Source: Gammaproteobacteria bacterium
GTDB lineage: Bacteria; Pseudomonadota; Gammaproteobacteria; Eutrophobiales; Eutrophobiaceae
Reading direction: 5' to 3'
NCBI GenBank assembly: GCA_965243205.1
Contig: CBDEUK010000002.1
Location: forward strand, 1,888,001-1,952,000
DNA length: 64,000 nucleotides
The notes under the pieces were generated by a model. It saw only the letters and a list, made by a program, of their open reading frames with translations. It was not told the DNA's origin and ran no database searches. Positions 24,025 through 33,696 of the stretch are shown here, in pieces. Positions within the stretch are counted from its first letter, which is position 1, and each line of letters begins with the position of its first letter. Position numbers and translations under genes: made by a program.

Positions 24025-24083
24025 TGTAATATTTGTCACAATTCTGTAATATTTGTAACATTATTGTAATATTCGTCTATACT
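24025..24083 (+). promoter_or_regulatory. 20-bp-period direct-repeat array (OmpR/PhoB-type operator) abutting a -10 box
   Basis: TGTAATATTTGTCACAATTC / TGTAATATTTGTAACATTAT / TGTAATATTCGTC followed by TATACT (24078-24083). Confidence 0.6.
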
Positions 24084-24177
24084 TTCTTAAATAGTCATTT
24101 TTTTTGACTAACAATTTAGAAAAATAAGCACTTGAGATTTCGTTTATGGAAATGGAGCTCAAGGTTAGGAGACAGCA

Positions 24178-24318
24178 ATGAAGTATATGTTACAAAAATG
24201 GAAAACGTTCATGCATGAGGTTGATCCCAATGAGGTTATTGGCCTATTTTTCATTGGAGTTACCACGATATTTTTTATCTTTTTTTGGATGGTAATCCTT
24301 TCTAATATTATTAAATAA
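24178..24318 (+). CDS. 46-aa single-TM small protein, unknown function (below the ORF-track cutoff)
   Basis: MKYMLQKWKTFMHEVDPNEVIGLFFIGVTTIFFIFFWMVILSNIIK*; AGGAG RBS just upstream; fills the hisC-degS gap. Confidence 0.7.
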   Translation: MKYMLQKWKTFMHEVDPNEVIGLFFIGVTTIFFIFFWMVILSNIIK

Positions 24319-24334
24319 CCTTTATTTTAAGCAG

Positions 24335-25489
24335 TTATTTAAATTGTGGACGTTGTGAAACCGTCGCATTAAGAATTATCTCATCCCATGCTCGCAGTAC
24401 GGTTAACTTTATATTGCTACCAGGTCTAATCTGAGCAATAAAGTTAATTGCTTGTTGTGGGTTGTTAATTGTTATGTTGTTTATCTTGGTGATGATATCA
24501 CCAGGCATTAACCCAGCCTTGTGAGCAGGGCCATTTTGCATTAATCCAGCTATTAACACGCCACCTTCGAATAAACTCATTTGTCTTTGTACTTCAGGTG
24601 GTATTGCTTGGGCTTCTATGCCTAACCATCCTCTAACAACTTTTCCATAAGCGATAAGTTGCCACATAACATCCAACGCTAAGTTAATAGGTGTAGCTAG
24701 ACCTATACCTTGTGACGCTCCATCACTTGATAAGATAGCGGTATTGATGCCCAATAATCTTCCATAAGCATCTACTAATGCTCCGCCTGAATTACCAGGG
24801 TTAATTGAAGCATCTGTTTGTATGAAATCTTCAAAAGTAGATATGCCTAAGCTCCTACGGCCGGTAGCACTGACAATACCTTGAGTAACCGTTTGACCGA
24901 TATTGAAAGGATTACCAATGGCCAAGACAACATCACCAACTAATAACTTATTAGAATCAGCGATTGGGATAACAGGTAGGTTATCAAGGTCTATTTTAAG
25001 AACTGCTAAGTCAGTATCTGTATCAGCACCGATGATTTTAGCGTCAGATTGGCGGCCATCTTGCAAGGTAACGGTAACAACATCAGCATTTTTGATGACA
25101 TGGGCGTTGGTGAGAACGTATCCAGCACTGTCGAGAATAACCCCTGAGCCTAGGTTATTCGATTCTTTTTGTTCAGGAACAGTAACAGCTTCGCCAAAAA
25201 AACGTCGAAAAGCCGGGTCTTGAAAGAGAGGATGTGAGGCTTGTTGACGGTATTGAATACTGTAGATGTTAACAACGGCTGGCGCTGCAATTTTAACCGC
25301 GCTGTTATAGCTATATGGTTGTTGCAGAGAAAGCGAGTTAACAGTATTGTTCAGGGTTTTGACAATTGGTGAATCAATAGGCTCTATTTGACTAGGATTT
25401 GTTGATGATGAGAAATTCAATTTTTGCAGCAGCAGGATGAGTCCTGCGGCTCCAAGTCCTATCAGAATTGAACGAAAAACAAAATTCAC
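24335..25489 (-). CDS. degS: HtrA-family serine protease with one PDZ domain (DegS/AlgW-like)
   Basis: N-terminal TM, LTNAHV, DLAVL, GNSGG, single PDZ. Confidence 0.88.
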   Translation of the reverse strand: MNFVFRSILIGLGAAGLILLLQKLNFSSSTNPSQIEPIDSPIVKTLNNTVNSLSLQQPYSYNSAVKIAAPAVVNIYSIQYRQQASHPLFQDPAFRRFFGEAVTVPEQKESNNLGSGVILDSAGYVLTNAHVIKNADVVTVTLQDGRQSDAKIIGADTDTDLAVLKIDLDNLPVIPIADSNKLLVGDVVLAIGNPFNIGQTVTQGIVSATGRRSLGISTFEDFIQTDASINPGNSGGALVDAYGRLLGINTAILSSDGASQGIGLATPINLALDVMWQLIAYGKVVRGWLGIEAQAIPPEVQRQMSLFEGGVLIAGLMQNGPAHKAGLMPGDIITKINNITINNPQQAINFIAQIRPGSNIKLTVLRAWDEIILNATVSQRPQFK

Positions 25490-25629
25490 TGTTGATTTAA
25501 ACCTTTTTTAAGCTAGGTTTTCAATGGTGTCAGAAAAATTTGTAGAATCAAGGATTAAAGTTTCAGAGTGGTATTAAATTTGAAGTAATAAGTAGTATTT
25601 TTTAAAGTTATCAATGAGAGAGATGTATT

Positions 25630-26223
25630 ATGAGTAACGAGGGGATTGATCAGAGTCGTCGGCAATTTCTAACTACTGCAGCAACTGTTACCGGGGGAGT
25701 CGGTGCAGCTGCAACTGCAGTTCCATTTATTTCAACCATGACTCCAAGCGCCAAGGCTAAGGCTATTGGTGCGCCAGTAGAAGTCGACGTCAGTGAGCTT
25801 CAACCTGGTGAGCGTATGACGGTTAAATGGCAGGGTAAGCCAGTTTGGATATTGCGTCGTACCGATGAAAGTGTTTCTGATTTAGATAAATTGGATAGCG
25901 CTGTTTCCGATCCAGATTCTTCATTAAATCAACAACCAGACTACGCAAAAAATAAACATCGCTCTATAAAATCAGAATATTTAGTCGTCATAGGGCTATG
26001 TACACATTTAGGTTGTTCGCCATCCTTAGTTAATAAAGATGAAGAGCATCAATTAGGCTCTGATTGGCAAGGAGGATTTTTTTGTCCTTGTCATGGTTCA
26101 CGTTTTGACCTTGCTGGTAGAGTATTTTCAGGTGTGCCTGCACCAGCAAATTTAGTGATTCCTCCTCACTACTATATCAGTGATAACAAAATCATGATTG
26201 GCGAAGATCAGGAGGCAAGCTAA
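25630..26223 (+). CDS. petA: Ubiquinol-cytochrome c reductase Rieske subunit
   Basis: Tat motif SRRQFL, CTHLGC, CPCHGS. Confidence 0.98.
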   Translation: MSNEGIDQSRRQFLTTAATVTGGVGAAATAVPFISTMTPSAKAKAIGAPVEVDVSELQPGERMTVKWQGKPVWILRRTDESVSDLDKLDSAVSDPDSSLNQQPDYAKNKHRSIKSEYLVVIGLCTHLGCSPSLVNKDEEHQLGSDWQGGFFCPCHGSRFDLAGRVFSGVPAPANLVIPPHYYISDNKIMIGEDQEAS

Positions 26224-27482
26224 TGAGTAAGGTTATTGAAGGTTTAACAGGTGTAAGGAATTGGGTAGATGACCGATTTCCATTAATGAGTCTTTGGAAT
26301 GATCATCTAGCAAAATATTATGCCCCGAAAAATTTTAATTTTTGGTATTTCTTTGGTTCGCTTGCTTTATTAGTTCTAGTCATTCAAATCGTTACCGGAA
26401 TTTGGTTGACCATGAATTATAAGCCATCTGCTGATGATGCTTTTGCCTCGGTAGAGTACATCATGCGTGATGTGCCATGGGGCTGGTTAATCCGCTATAT
26501 GCATTCCACTGGCGCTTCTGCCTTTTTCATAGTGATTTATTGTCATATGTTCCGTGGGCTACTGTACGGATCATTTAAGAAGCCAAGAGAACTTGTTTGG
26601 TTAACAGGAATGATTATTTATCTGTGTTTAATGGGTGAAGCATTCTTTGGCTATCTACTACCTTGGGGTCAGATGTCATATTGGGGTGCTCAAGTTATTA
26701 TTTCTTTATTTGGTGCCGTTCCTTTTATAGGTCCTGACCTTGCTGAATTAATTCGAGGTGACTATGTTGTATCAGATATTACTTTGAATCGATTTTTTTC
26801 ATTGCACGTTATTGCGTTTCCATTAGTAATATGTGGATTAGCATTAACACATATCATCGCTTTACATGAAGTGGGTTCTAATAATCCTGATGGTGTGGAT
26901 ATTAAAAAGAAGAAAGATGAAAACGGTGTGCCGTTAGATGGTATTCCTTTTCATCCATACTACACAGTTAAAGATATAGTTGGTGTAGTCGTTTTTCTTA
27001 TCTTTTTTTGTGGCATTGTATTCTTTGCGCCTGAGATGAAAGTACCTGGAACGCATGGCTTGTTTTTAGAAAGCGCAAACTTTGTTCCAGCTGATCCATT
27101 AAAAACACCCGAACACATTGCACCAGTTTGGTATTTCACGCCTTACTATGCAATCTTACGTGCAGTACCTTCTATAGCAGGTTCAGCTTTTCCTGGTGTA
27201 GTAGCTATGGGACTTGCGGTTATGTTGTTCTTATTTCTACCTTGGTTAGACAGAAGTCCTGTCAAATCTGTCCGCTATAGAGGTTGGAAATATAAAACGG
27301 CATTAACCTTATTTGTAATCAGTTTTATTTCGTTAGGTTATTTAGGCATGCAAGTATCAACACCAGTGTTGACTGCCTTAGCAAGATTTTTCACGGTTAT
27401 ATATTTTGCATTTTTCTTATTGATGCCTTGGTATACCAAAGACGATACCGATAAGCCAGTTCCAGAGAGGGTCACAAAATGA
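26223..27482 (+). CDS. petB: Cytochrome b
   Basis: RYMHSTGAS, WGQMSYWGAQVI, PVWYF. Confidence 0.98.
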   Translation: MSKVIEGLTGVRNWVDDRFPLMSLWNDHLAKYYAPKNFNFWYFFGSLALLVLVIQIVTGIWLTMNYKPSADDAFASVEYIMRDVPWGWLIRYMHSTGASAFFIVIYCHMFRGLLYGSFKKPRELVWLTGMIIYLCLMGEAFFGYLLPWGQMSYWGAQVIISLFGAVPFIGPDLAELIRGDYVVSDITLNRFFSLHVIAFPLVICGLALTHIIALHEVGSNNPDGVDIKKKKDENGVPLDGIPFHPYYTVKDIVGVVVFLIFFCGIVFFAPEMKVPGTHGLFLESANFVPADPLKTPEHIAPVWYFTPYYAILRAVPSIAGSAFPGVVAMGLAVMLFLFLPWLDRSPVKSVRYRGWKYKTALTLFVISFISLGYLGMQVSTPVLTALARFFTVIYFAFFLLMPWYTKDDTDKPVPERVTK

Positions 27483-28219
27483 TTAAGCGTTTAGTACTTA
27501 TTATTAGCTTGTGTCTCCCTTTGATGGCGAGTGCTGCAGGAGGCGGACATTTATATGAATTTAAGCCTGATCTAGGCAATGAAAAGTCTCTACAGCAGGG
27601 TGCGCGAGTATTTATCAACTATTGCATGGGGTGCCACTCGGCGGATTACATGCGTTATAACCGTATCGGCGAAGATTTAAATATCGCAGATGAAGCGTTA
27701 AATGCCAATTTTATGTTTGGTACCGATAAATCAGGTAACACCATGGGGGTCTCTATGAGAAAGCAAGATGGTGAAGCCTTTTTTGGTGTTACCCCTCCAG
27801 ATCTCTCAGTCATAGCTCGTTCTCGTGGCGCGAAATGGTTGTATACCTATTTCATGACCTTCTATATTGACGAATCCAGGCCCTTTGGTGTTAACAATCT
27901 GGTTTTTAAAGATGTTGGTATGCCTCATGTATTGTGGGAGTTACAAGGTTGGCAAAAACCTGTTTATGAAACGGTGACAGATGAAGATGGTCATGATCAT
28001 AAAGTGATCAAAACATTAGAGTTAGTAAAACCAGGTCGTCAATCACCAGAAGAATATCAACAAACAGTTACTGATTTGGTGAACTTCTTAGTCTATTTGG
28101 GTGAACCGGCACAGTTACAGCGTAAAAAAATTGGCCTTTGGGTCTTGTTGTATCTAGCACTTATTTTGTTACCAGTGACGTATTTACTCAAAAAAGATTA
28201 CTGGAAAGACATTCATTAG
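27479..28219 (+). CDS. petC: Cytochrome c1
   Basis: CMGCH, PPDLS, MPH, C-terminal TM. Confidence 0.97.
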   Translation: MIKRLVLIISLCLPLMASAAGGGHLYEFKPDLGNEKSLQQGARVFINYCMGCHSADYMRYNRIGEDLNIADEALNANFMFGTDKSGNTMGVSMRKQDGEAFFGVTPPDLSVIARSRGAKWLYTYFMTFYIDESRPFGVNNLVFKDVGMPHVLWELQGWQKPVYETVTDEDGHDHKVIKTLELVKPGRQSPEEYQQTVTDLVNFLVYLGEPAQLQRKKIGLWVLLYLALILLPVTYLLKKDYWKDIH

Positions 28220-28281
28220 CCCAAGAGCGTGTCGATTTGTAGTATAATTCCGCCCTTAATTTGTCTTTAGATGGGGGAAAT

Positions 28282-28917
28282 ATGGTTACTATGGCCAATC
28301 GTCGTTCAATCATGGTGCTCTATTCGGATTTGAGTGATCCATATGGTCATTCAACTCGAATCGTGTTGGCGGAAAAAGATATCAATGTTGAAATCAATTA
28401 CATTGAATCAGGGGAGATTCCACAAGAATTAGCAGAATTGAATCCTTACAATTCAATATTAACGTTAATCGATCGGGACCTTGTGTTGTACGATGCACAA
28501 ATCATTATGGAATATCTAGATGAGCGTTTTCCTCATCCTCCATTGCTACCGGTTGACCCAGTGAATCGAGCCAGTAACCGACAATATCGCCATCGAGTAT
28601 TGAAAGATCTATATAGCTTATTAGACGATCTATACAGTGATAATGATATTGCTTCGACCAATGCGCGAAAAAGTTTTCGTGATCAATTAACAGCAATTGC
28701 GCCAATTTTTTCACAAAAACCATTCTTCATGTCAGATGAATACACGTTGGTTGATTGTTGTATGGCACCGTTGTTATGGCGTTTAGGTGAGTTTGGTATC
28801 AAATTACCACCATCTGCAAAACCGCTTCAAGAATATGCTAAACGAATCTTTGAACGTGAGGCATTTCAAACTAGCTTGTCAGAGTATGAAAAAGAATTAA
28901 ATGTTGCTGAAGCATAG
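28282..28917 (+). CDS. sspA: Stringent starvation protein A
   Basis: GST-like fold: LNPYN, DRDLVLY, EYLDERFPHPPL; ATG at 28282 follows GGGGG (the track starts at a TTG, 28261). Confidence 0.95.
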   Translation: MVTMANRRSIMVLYSDLSDPYGHSTRIVLAEKDINVEINYIESGEIPQELAELNPYNSILTLIDRDLVLYDAQIIMEYLDERFPHPPLLPVDPVNRASNRQYRHRVLKDLYSLLDDLYSDNDIASTNARKSFRDQLTAIAPIFSQKPFFMSDEYTLVDCCMAPLLWRLGEFGIKLPPSAKPLQEYAKRIFEREAFQTSLSEYEKELNVAEA

Positions 28918-28927
28918 TTAATCAAAC

Positions 28928-29350
28928 ATGACGCCGAATCGACCCTATTTTCTTCGAGCTATCAACGATTGGATCATTGATAATCAAATGACGCCACATT
29001 TATTAGTTGATGCAACTCAAGAAGGAGTGGTAGTGCCTGAGCAATATATCGATGATGGCAAAATAATTTTAAATATTTCACCCGTTGCAATAGAAAGGGC
29101 TGAGTTTGGAAATGATTGGGTCTTTTTCTCTGCTCGATTTAACGGCAAACAGTTTAATATTGAATTACCTATTTCAGCGATAATTGCAATTTATGCTAAA
29201 GAAAATGGGCGTGGTATGGTATTTCCTGAAGAGGAAGTTGATGATGATGCAGATTCAAAAAGCTTAACTGAATCTGCACCAGATACATCAGGAGATACTA
29301 AACCTCAAACAGGGACGAAAAGTCCTCCACACTTAACAATTGTCAAATAA
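28928..29350 (+). CDS. sspB: ClpXP adaptor SspB
   Basis: RPYFLRA, WIIDNQMTP, YAKENGRGM, C-terminal PHLTIVK. Confidence 0.96.
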   Translation: MTPNRPYFLRAINDWIIDNQMTPHLLVDATQEGVVVPEQYIDDGKIILNISPVAIERAEFGNDWVFFSARFNGKQFNIELPISAIIAIYAKENGRGMVFPEEEVDDDADSKSLTESAPDTSGDTKPQTGTKSPPHLTIVK

Positions 29351-29351
29351 G

Positions 29352-29933
29352 TTATTGGTATAAAAAGAGTTTAACGACTTTCTGTAAGCCAGCAGTATTT
29401 TGTGCTATCTCTGTGGCTTTATCCCCTTCTTCTCTACTTACCAAACCCATTAAGTAAGCAGTACCACGTTCTGTAAAAACCTTTATGTGAATTCCTGCAA
29501 GCTCTTCATCTGCGATTAATTTTGTTTTTAGTTTTGAAGATAACAAGGTGTCATTACCGCGCGAAGTAAAAGAAGCTGGAGCTGCTATAGCAATCTCATC
29601 ATATACATGTGAAACCTTTTCTACATTTTTCACAATGTTAATAACTCGTTCTCTAAGCTCAGGTGTGGGTGCTTCTCCAGTTACTAGTACATAAGTGTTG
29701 TAACTAGTTACATTAATATGAGTTTTTTCATTTAGTTCAGGATCCTCATCGATAAGGCCATGAGCTTTTAACTCAATTGCCTGATCTTCAACCACAGTGC
29801 CAGTCGTTCGCCGATCATTAGCAACGGCAGCTGCGGTTGCTCCACCACCGATTACTGCTGCGGCACAACCATTTAATAGGAGTAAAATACTGGTTAAAAA
29901 TAGAATAGGACTCAGGTTCTTTTGCATTTTCAT
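29352..29933 (-). CDS. dolP: Dual-BON-domain lipoprotein (DolP/YraP-like)
   Basis: Lipobox LNGC, DRRTTG, two BON repeats. Confidence 0.88.
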   Translation of the reverse strand: MKMQKNLSPILFLTSILLLLNGCAAAVIGGGATAAAVANDRRTTGTVVEDQAIELKAHGLIDEDPELNEKTHINVTSYNTYVLVTGEAPTPELRERVINIVKNVEKVSHVYDEIAIAAPASFTSRGNDTLLSSKLKTKLIADEELAGIHIKVFTERGTAYLMGLVSREEGDKATEIAQNTAGLQKVVKLFLYQ

Positions 29934-29940
29934 ATCTCAA

Positions 29941-30528
29941 TTATTGGCCTAGTAAGTAATGATCTATTAAATCACAAATACAATGAATAGAAAGTAAATG
30001 TGTTTCGGTAATTCGTTTTGTATCCCAGCTTGGGACACGTATCTCAATATCTTGTTCCCGTAATAAGTCGGCAATTTGACCGCCATCACATCCAGACAAA
30101 ACAATTAGTGACATATTACGATCATGTGCTGCATCGACCGCATGAATGATGTTATGAGATTCTGCACTAGTAGTAATAATAAACATTACATCACCTTCTT
30201 GTCCTAGAGCGCGAATTTGTTTAGCAAAGATGTCTGCGAATTGGAAGTCAATGGCTATGGAAGACATTAAGGAAGCATTTGAATTCAGCGAGATGGAAGG
30301 CAGACCAGGTCGATCGATCTCAAAACGGTTAACTAAGTAATTAGTGAATATTTCGGCTAAATTGCCTGAACTATTATTGCCACAGCTTAAAACTTTTTTT
30401 TCGTTAAACAAACAATCGGTGATGATTTTTGCGGCGTTAATGTATTGTGGTGTTAATAACTCATTACATTCAGCAAACAATTCAATGCTATTGTTAATTA
30501 TATCATTGGGTTTTTTTGATAATTCCAT
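29941..30528 (-). CDS. SIS-domain protein, GmhA/DiaA family (catalytic motifs degenerate)
   Basis: NRFEIDRPGLP, FAKQIRALGQEGD; lies between yraN and the BON gene. Confidence 0.85.
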   Translation of the reverse strand: MELSKKPNDIINNSIELFAECNELLTPQYINAAKIITDCLFNEKKVLSCGNNSSGNLAEIFTNYLVNRFEIDRPGLPSISLNSNASLMSSIAIDFQFADIFAKQIRALGQEGDVMFIITTSAESHNIIHAVDAAHDRNMSLIVLSGCDGGQIADLLREQDIEIRVPSWDTKRITETHLLSIHCICDLIDHYLLGQ

Positions 30529-30552
30529 GAAGAACAGTCTATTTTTTAATAG

Positions 30553-30918
30553 TTATAGCTGGAACGCGTTCTTAATCCAATTTATTTCTGGCTGGTTTAA
30601 ATTTTGATTTACGATGACAACATCATAGCGAACATTATAATCTTTTATATGTTGATTGTTGAGTAAAAAATATTGGCTGGTGGTGATGATTTTTTGTTGT
30701 TTTTTATAATCTATGGATTCAATGGTCTGCATAAAATCGGCTTTATTTCGATGACGAACTTCAATAAAAACTAGATCCAGATCATCCGTCATGATCAAAT
30801 CAATTTCACCTTGTCGACAATAATAATTTTTTTCGATAAGACAAAGTTTATGACGAGATAAAAATTTATAAGCAATTTTCTCTGCTTCAGCACCACGAAT
30901 CCTTGTGTTTTTTTTCAT
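30553..30918 (-). CDS. yraN: YraN family protein (UPF0102)
   Basis: GEIDLIM..LVFIEVR, RYDVV, WIKNAF. Confidence 0.93.
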   Translation of the reverse strand: MKKNTRIRGAEAEKIAYKFLSRHKLCLIEKNYYCRQGEIDLIMTDDLDLVFIEVRHRNKADFMQTIESIDYKKQQKIITTSQYFLLNNQHIKDYNVRYDVVIVNQNLNQPEINWIKNAFQL

Positions 30919-30924
30919 AGAAAC

Positions 30925-32793
30925 TTATTGATATAAAATACCTGAAAGTACTGTTGGTATGCCATCTTTAATCGTAGCCCATTTTAATTTTCGATCTATG
31001 GTTTTGTCTGTTTTGAGTTTTAAAGTACCTGTTGCACCATTTAAATAATAATCAGGGTTTAACATTAATTCTTTAAATTGATTGATGATCATATAACTGT
31101 CATAACCTAATGCGAATAAACGATGGGTTGTAGTAGAGGCGCTTCTCCAATGGCGTTCAAATATAGCTTTACTAGGAGCATATGAATCTTCTGAGCCTAG
31201 CAACCATGGAATATCAGTAAATAGTATTTTTTTCATATCGACATAGTCTTCAGGATCAGATGTAAATATATGAATATTAGACGTTGCATAGATTGGGATA
31301 TTTTTCGCACGTTGAAAATAGATATGTGGCAGGATTAATTTAGCGTGAGGGTGAATAGCGCCCAAGAAAATCATATCAGCATCTTGTCGCGAACGTGTTT
31401 CACTTTCAATATTGAGTCGCAATGTATCTCTTAACTTAATAGCACGCTGACGACTAATATCCGTATTGAGTAGAGATTTAACAGCACTGTCATAATCTTT
31501 CTCGTTCGGGTCATAATTTGAATTTTCTAAAACAGTTCCTCCCAACTCTTCAAACTTTGATTGAAATGACTGACTGAGTCGACGTCCCCAATTACTATTA
31601 GGCGTAATAATTAACGCTGTTTTATAACCTTGTAATTGAGCTTGTTCTGCAATTTGTTTTGCTTCTTGTTCAGGGGATAAGCCAAATTGATATAGCAAAG
31701 GGTTCGTTTGTGAAATGTCATCTTGCTCTACATAATTGAGTAACAAAGTGGTTGTCGTAACTAGTTCAGGTGACTGGGCAAGAATGGTTACATTTTCTTT
31801 TTGTAAAGGTCCAACAACTACATTGGCACCTTCACTCAAAGCAGTTTGATAAACCTGGCGAATATCTTTAGACGATGTATCGTAAACTTTTATTTCAGGT
31901 TTCTCTGATGAGATATTAAGCCAAGATGAGATAAAGCCATCTCGGATAGCTTCAGAGGCTTTTTGAAATTTTCCTGATAACGGTAGTAGTAATGCAATTT
32001 GTTCAGCGGTAGTAAAATTTTGAGGACTACTTGAAAGGATGTTAGGAATGATTTGATTATCTGCAATATGGTTTGGATAGTAGCCACGCCAAATATCTAT
32101 TTCACTTTCTAAATTTTGACGGTTGTTTTTATTGGTTTTAGCAATGATGGTCAAATCAATCCAACTTTGAGATTTTGCATCAACAGTTTGTTTTAAACTT
32201 TGTAAATTTTCTATGGGTAATGAATTAAGATCATTCCATAATTGCTGATTATCAATGTTCGGTTCGGAATTTACATCGCTAATAGAATATGCGATTAATC
32301 GTTCTTCGATCGAATTATCAATTAAACCTAAGTTTTGATAGGCTTTAGAGCGAGTTTCATAAAAAGCGACTTGAAGTGAAATAGGAGTTTGTTCATTCGG
32401 CAAACCTTGCAATAAATCGAGTGCTTGTTCAGCTTGTCTTTCAGATATAGCAATTCTGGCTAGAATAATATTTTTTTGTAAGTTTTGAACGGGTGAATTT
32501 GAAGGGTCAATTTCAGTTTCACTAAGAATTAATTTAGCATTGATTAAATCATTGGCCTCAAAGAAAGCGGTTGCCGCTTTTAATCGGTAGGCCATGGTAT
32601 TTTCAGGATAATTGGTTGCTAATCGTAAATATTCAGTGGCGGCTTGATCATACTGACCTTGTTCCATTAACGATTTTGCTGTGACTTCAATGGTTGGATC
32701 TTCTACAGGAGCAGGCTTTGTTGTCGTGCCAGCTCCACAAGCAGTCAACCCAAATAATAAAAGAAGAAGTAAAATACGATTTCGATTAGCCAT
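30925..32793 (-). CDS. lpoA: Penicillin-binding protein activator LpoA (LppC family)
   Basis: Lipobox LTAC, IALLLPLSG, GPLQK, FGLSPEQEA, LFALGYD. Confidence 0.92.
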   Translation of the reverse strand: MANRNRILLLLLLFGLTACGAGTTTKPAPVEDPTIEVTAKSLMEQGQYDQAATEYLRLATNYPENTMAYRLKAATAFFEANDLINAKLILSETEIDPSNSPVQNLQKNIILARIAISERQAEQALDLLQGLPNEQTPISLQVAFYETRSKAYQNLGLIDNSIEERLIAYSISDVNSEPNIDNQQLWNDLNSLPIENLQSLKQTVDAKSQSWIDLTIIAKTNKNNRQNLESEIDIWRGYYPNHIADNQIIPNILSSSPQNFTTAEQIALLLPLSGKFQKASEAIRDGFISSWLNISSEKPEIKVYDTSSKDIRQVYQTALSEGANVVVGPLQKENVTILAQSPELVTTTTLLLNYVEQDDISQTNPLLYQFGLSPEQEAKQIAEQAQLQGYKTALIITPNSNWGRRLSQSFQSKFEELGGTVLENSNYDPNEKDYDSAVKSLLNTDISRQRAIKLRDTLRLNIESETRSRQDADMIFLGAIHPHAKLILPHIYFQRAKNIPIYATSNIHIFTSDPEDYVDMKKILFTDIPWLLGSEDSYAPSKAIFERHWRSASTTTHRLFALGYDSYMIINQFKELMLNPDYYLNGATGTLKLKTDKTIDRKLKWATIKDGIPTVLSGILYQ

Positions 32794-32828
32794 AAGTTTT
32801 TATATTTTTAGAGTAAGCAGAGGTTCAT

Positions 32829-33683
32829 ATGAGTCGTCAATCAGGTAAGTTATACATTGTATCGACGCCCATCGGTAATTTAGATGATATAACACTCCGT
32901 GCGATTAATATTCTTAAATCAGTGGATCTTATACTGGCTGAAGATACTCGGCACAGCAAAAAGCTACTGAATCATATCGGTTCTAATAAGCCAGTAAAAG
33001 CTTATCATGATCATAATGAACGAGAAACTGGTCAGCAATTTATTGATAGACTGCTTCAGGGGAATCAGGTTGCATTAATTTCAGATGCAGGAACCCCGTT
33101 GATTAATGACCCAGGTTATCATTTGGTTTCATTAGCACATGAAAAACAAATTCAAGTTGTACCTATTCCAGGACCGTGTGCTTTAGTAGCTGCCCTATCA
33201 AGCTCTGGGCTAGCAACCGATAAATTCAGCTTTTTTGGGTTTGTACCGTCTAAAGCGAAAGAGCGCAAAGAGTTTTATAAACATTTTAGAGAAAACATTG
33301 AGACGTTAGTTTTTTATGAGTCTACTCATCGTATTTTGGACTCAGTCCATGATGCGGTTGAGGTCTTCGGTGCTGATAGAGAAGCTTGTATAGCAAGAGA
33401 ATTGACCAAGCACTACGAGGATATTCATCTTGCACCTTTAGGAAAGCTTGCTGATAGGTTAATACAAACACCCGAAAAACAAAAAGGTGAGTTCGTTATA
33501 ATAATTAATGGAGCTAGTTGGATTGATTCTGATCCTGAGCTACTTGAATCTAAACGGATATTAGAGGTTTTGCTTGAACAATTGCCTACCAAGCAGGCAA
33601 GTGAACTTACGGCTAAAATTACAGGACAAAAAAAGAATCAGTTATATCAGTTAGCACTATCCATTGTTGCTGATAAAGAATGA
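32829..33683 (+). CDS. rsmI: 16S rRNA (cytidine1402-2'-O)-methyltransferase
   Basis: TPIGNLDD, AEDTR, SDAGTP, RELTK, KGEF. Confidence 0.97.
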   Translation: MSRQSGKLYIVSTPIGNLDDITLRAINILKSVDLILAEDTRHSKKLLNHIGSNKPVKAYHDHNERETGQQFIDRLLQGNQVALISDAGTPLINDPGYHLVSLAHEKQIQVVPIPGPCALVAALSSSGLATDKFSFFGFVPSKAKERKEFYKHFRENIETLVFYESTHRILDSVHDAVEVFGADREACIARELTKHYEDIHLAPLGKLADRLIQTPEKQKGEFVIIINGASWIDSDPELLESKRILEVLLEQLPTKQASELTAKITGQKKNQLYQLALSIVADKE

Positions 33684-33696
33684 AAGAGATAAAACT

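Noticed and set aside
24025-24083. Tandem repeats as a possible mini-CRISPR or iteron array
   Set aside because: The period is only 20 bp with no unique spacers, there are under three copies, and no cas or rep gene is nearby; an operator fits better
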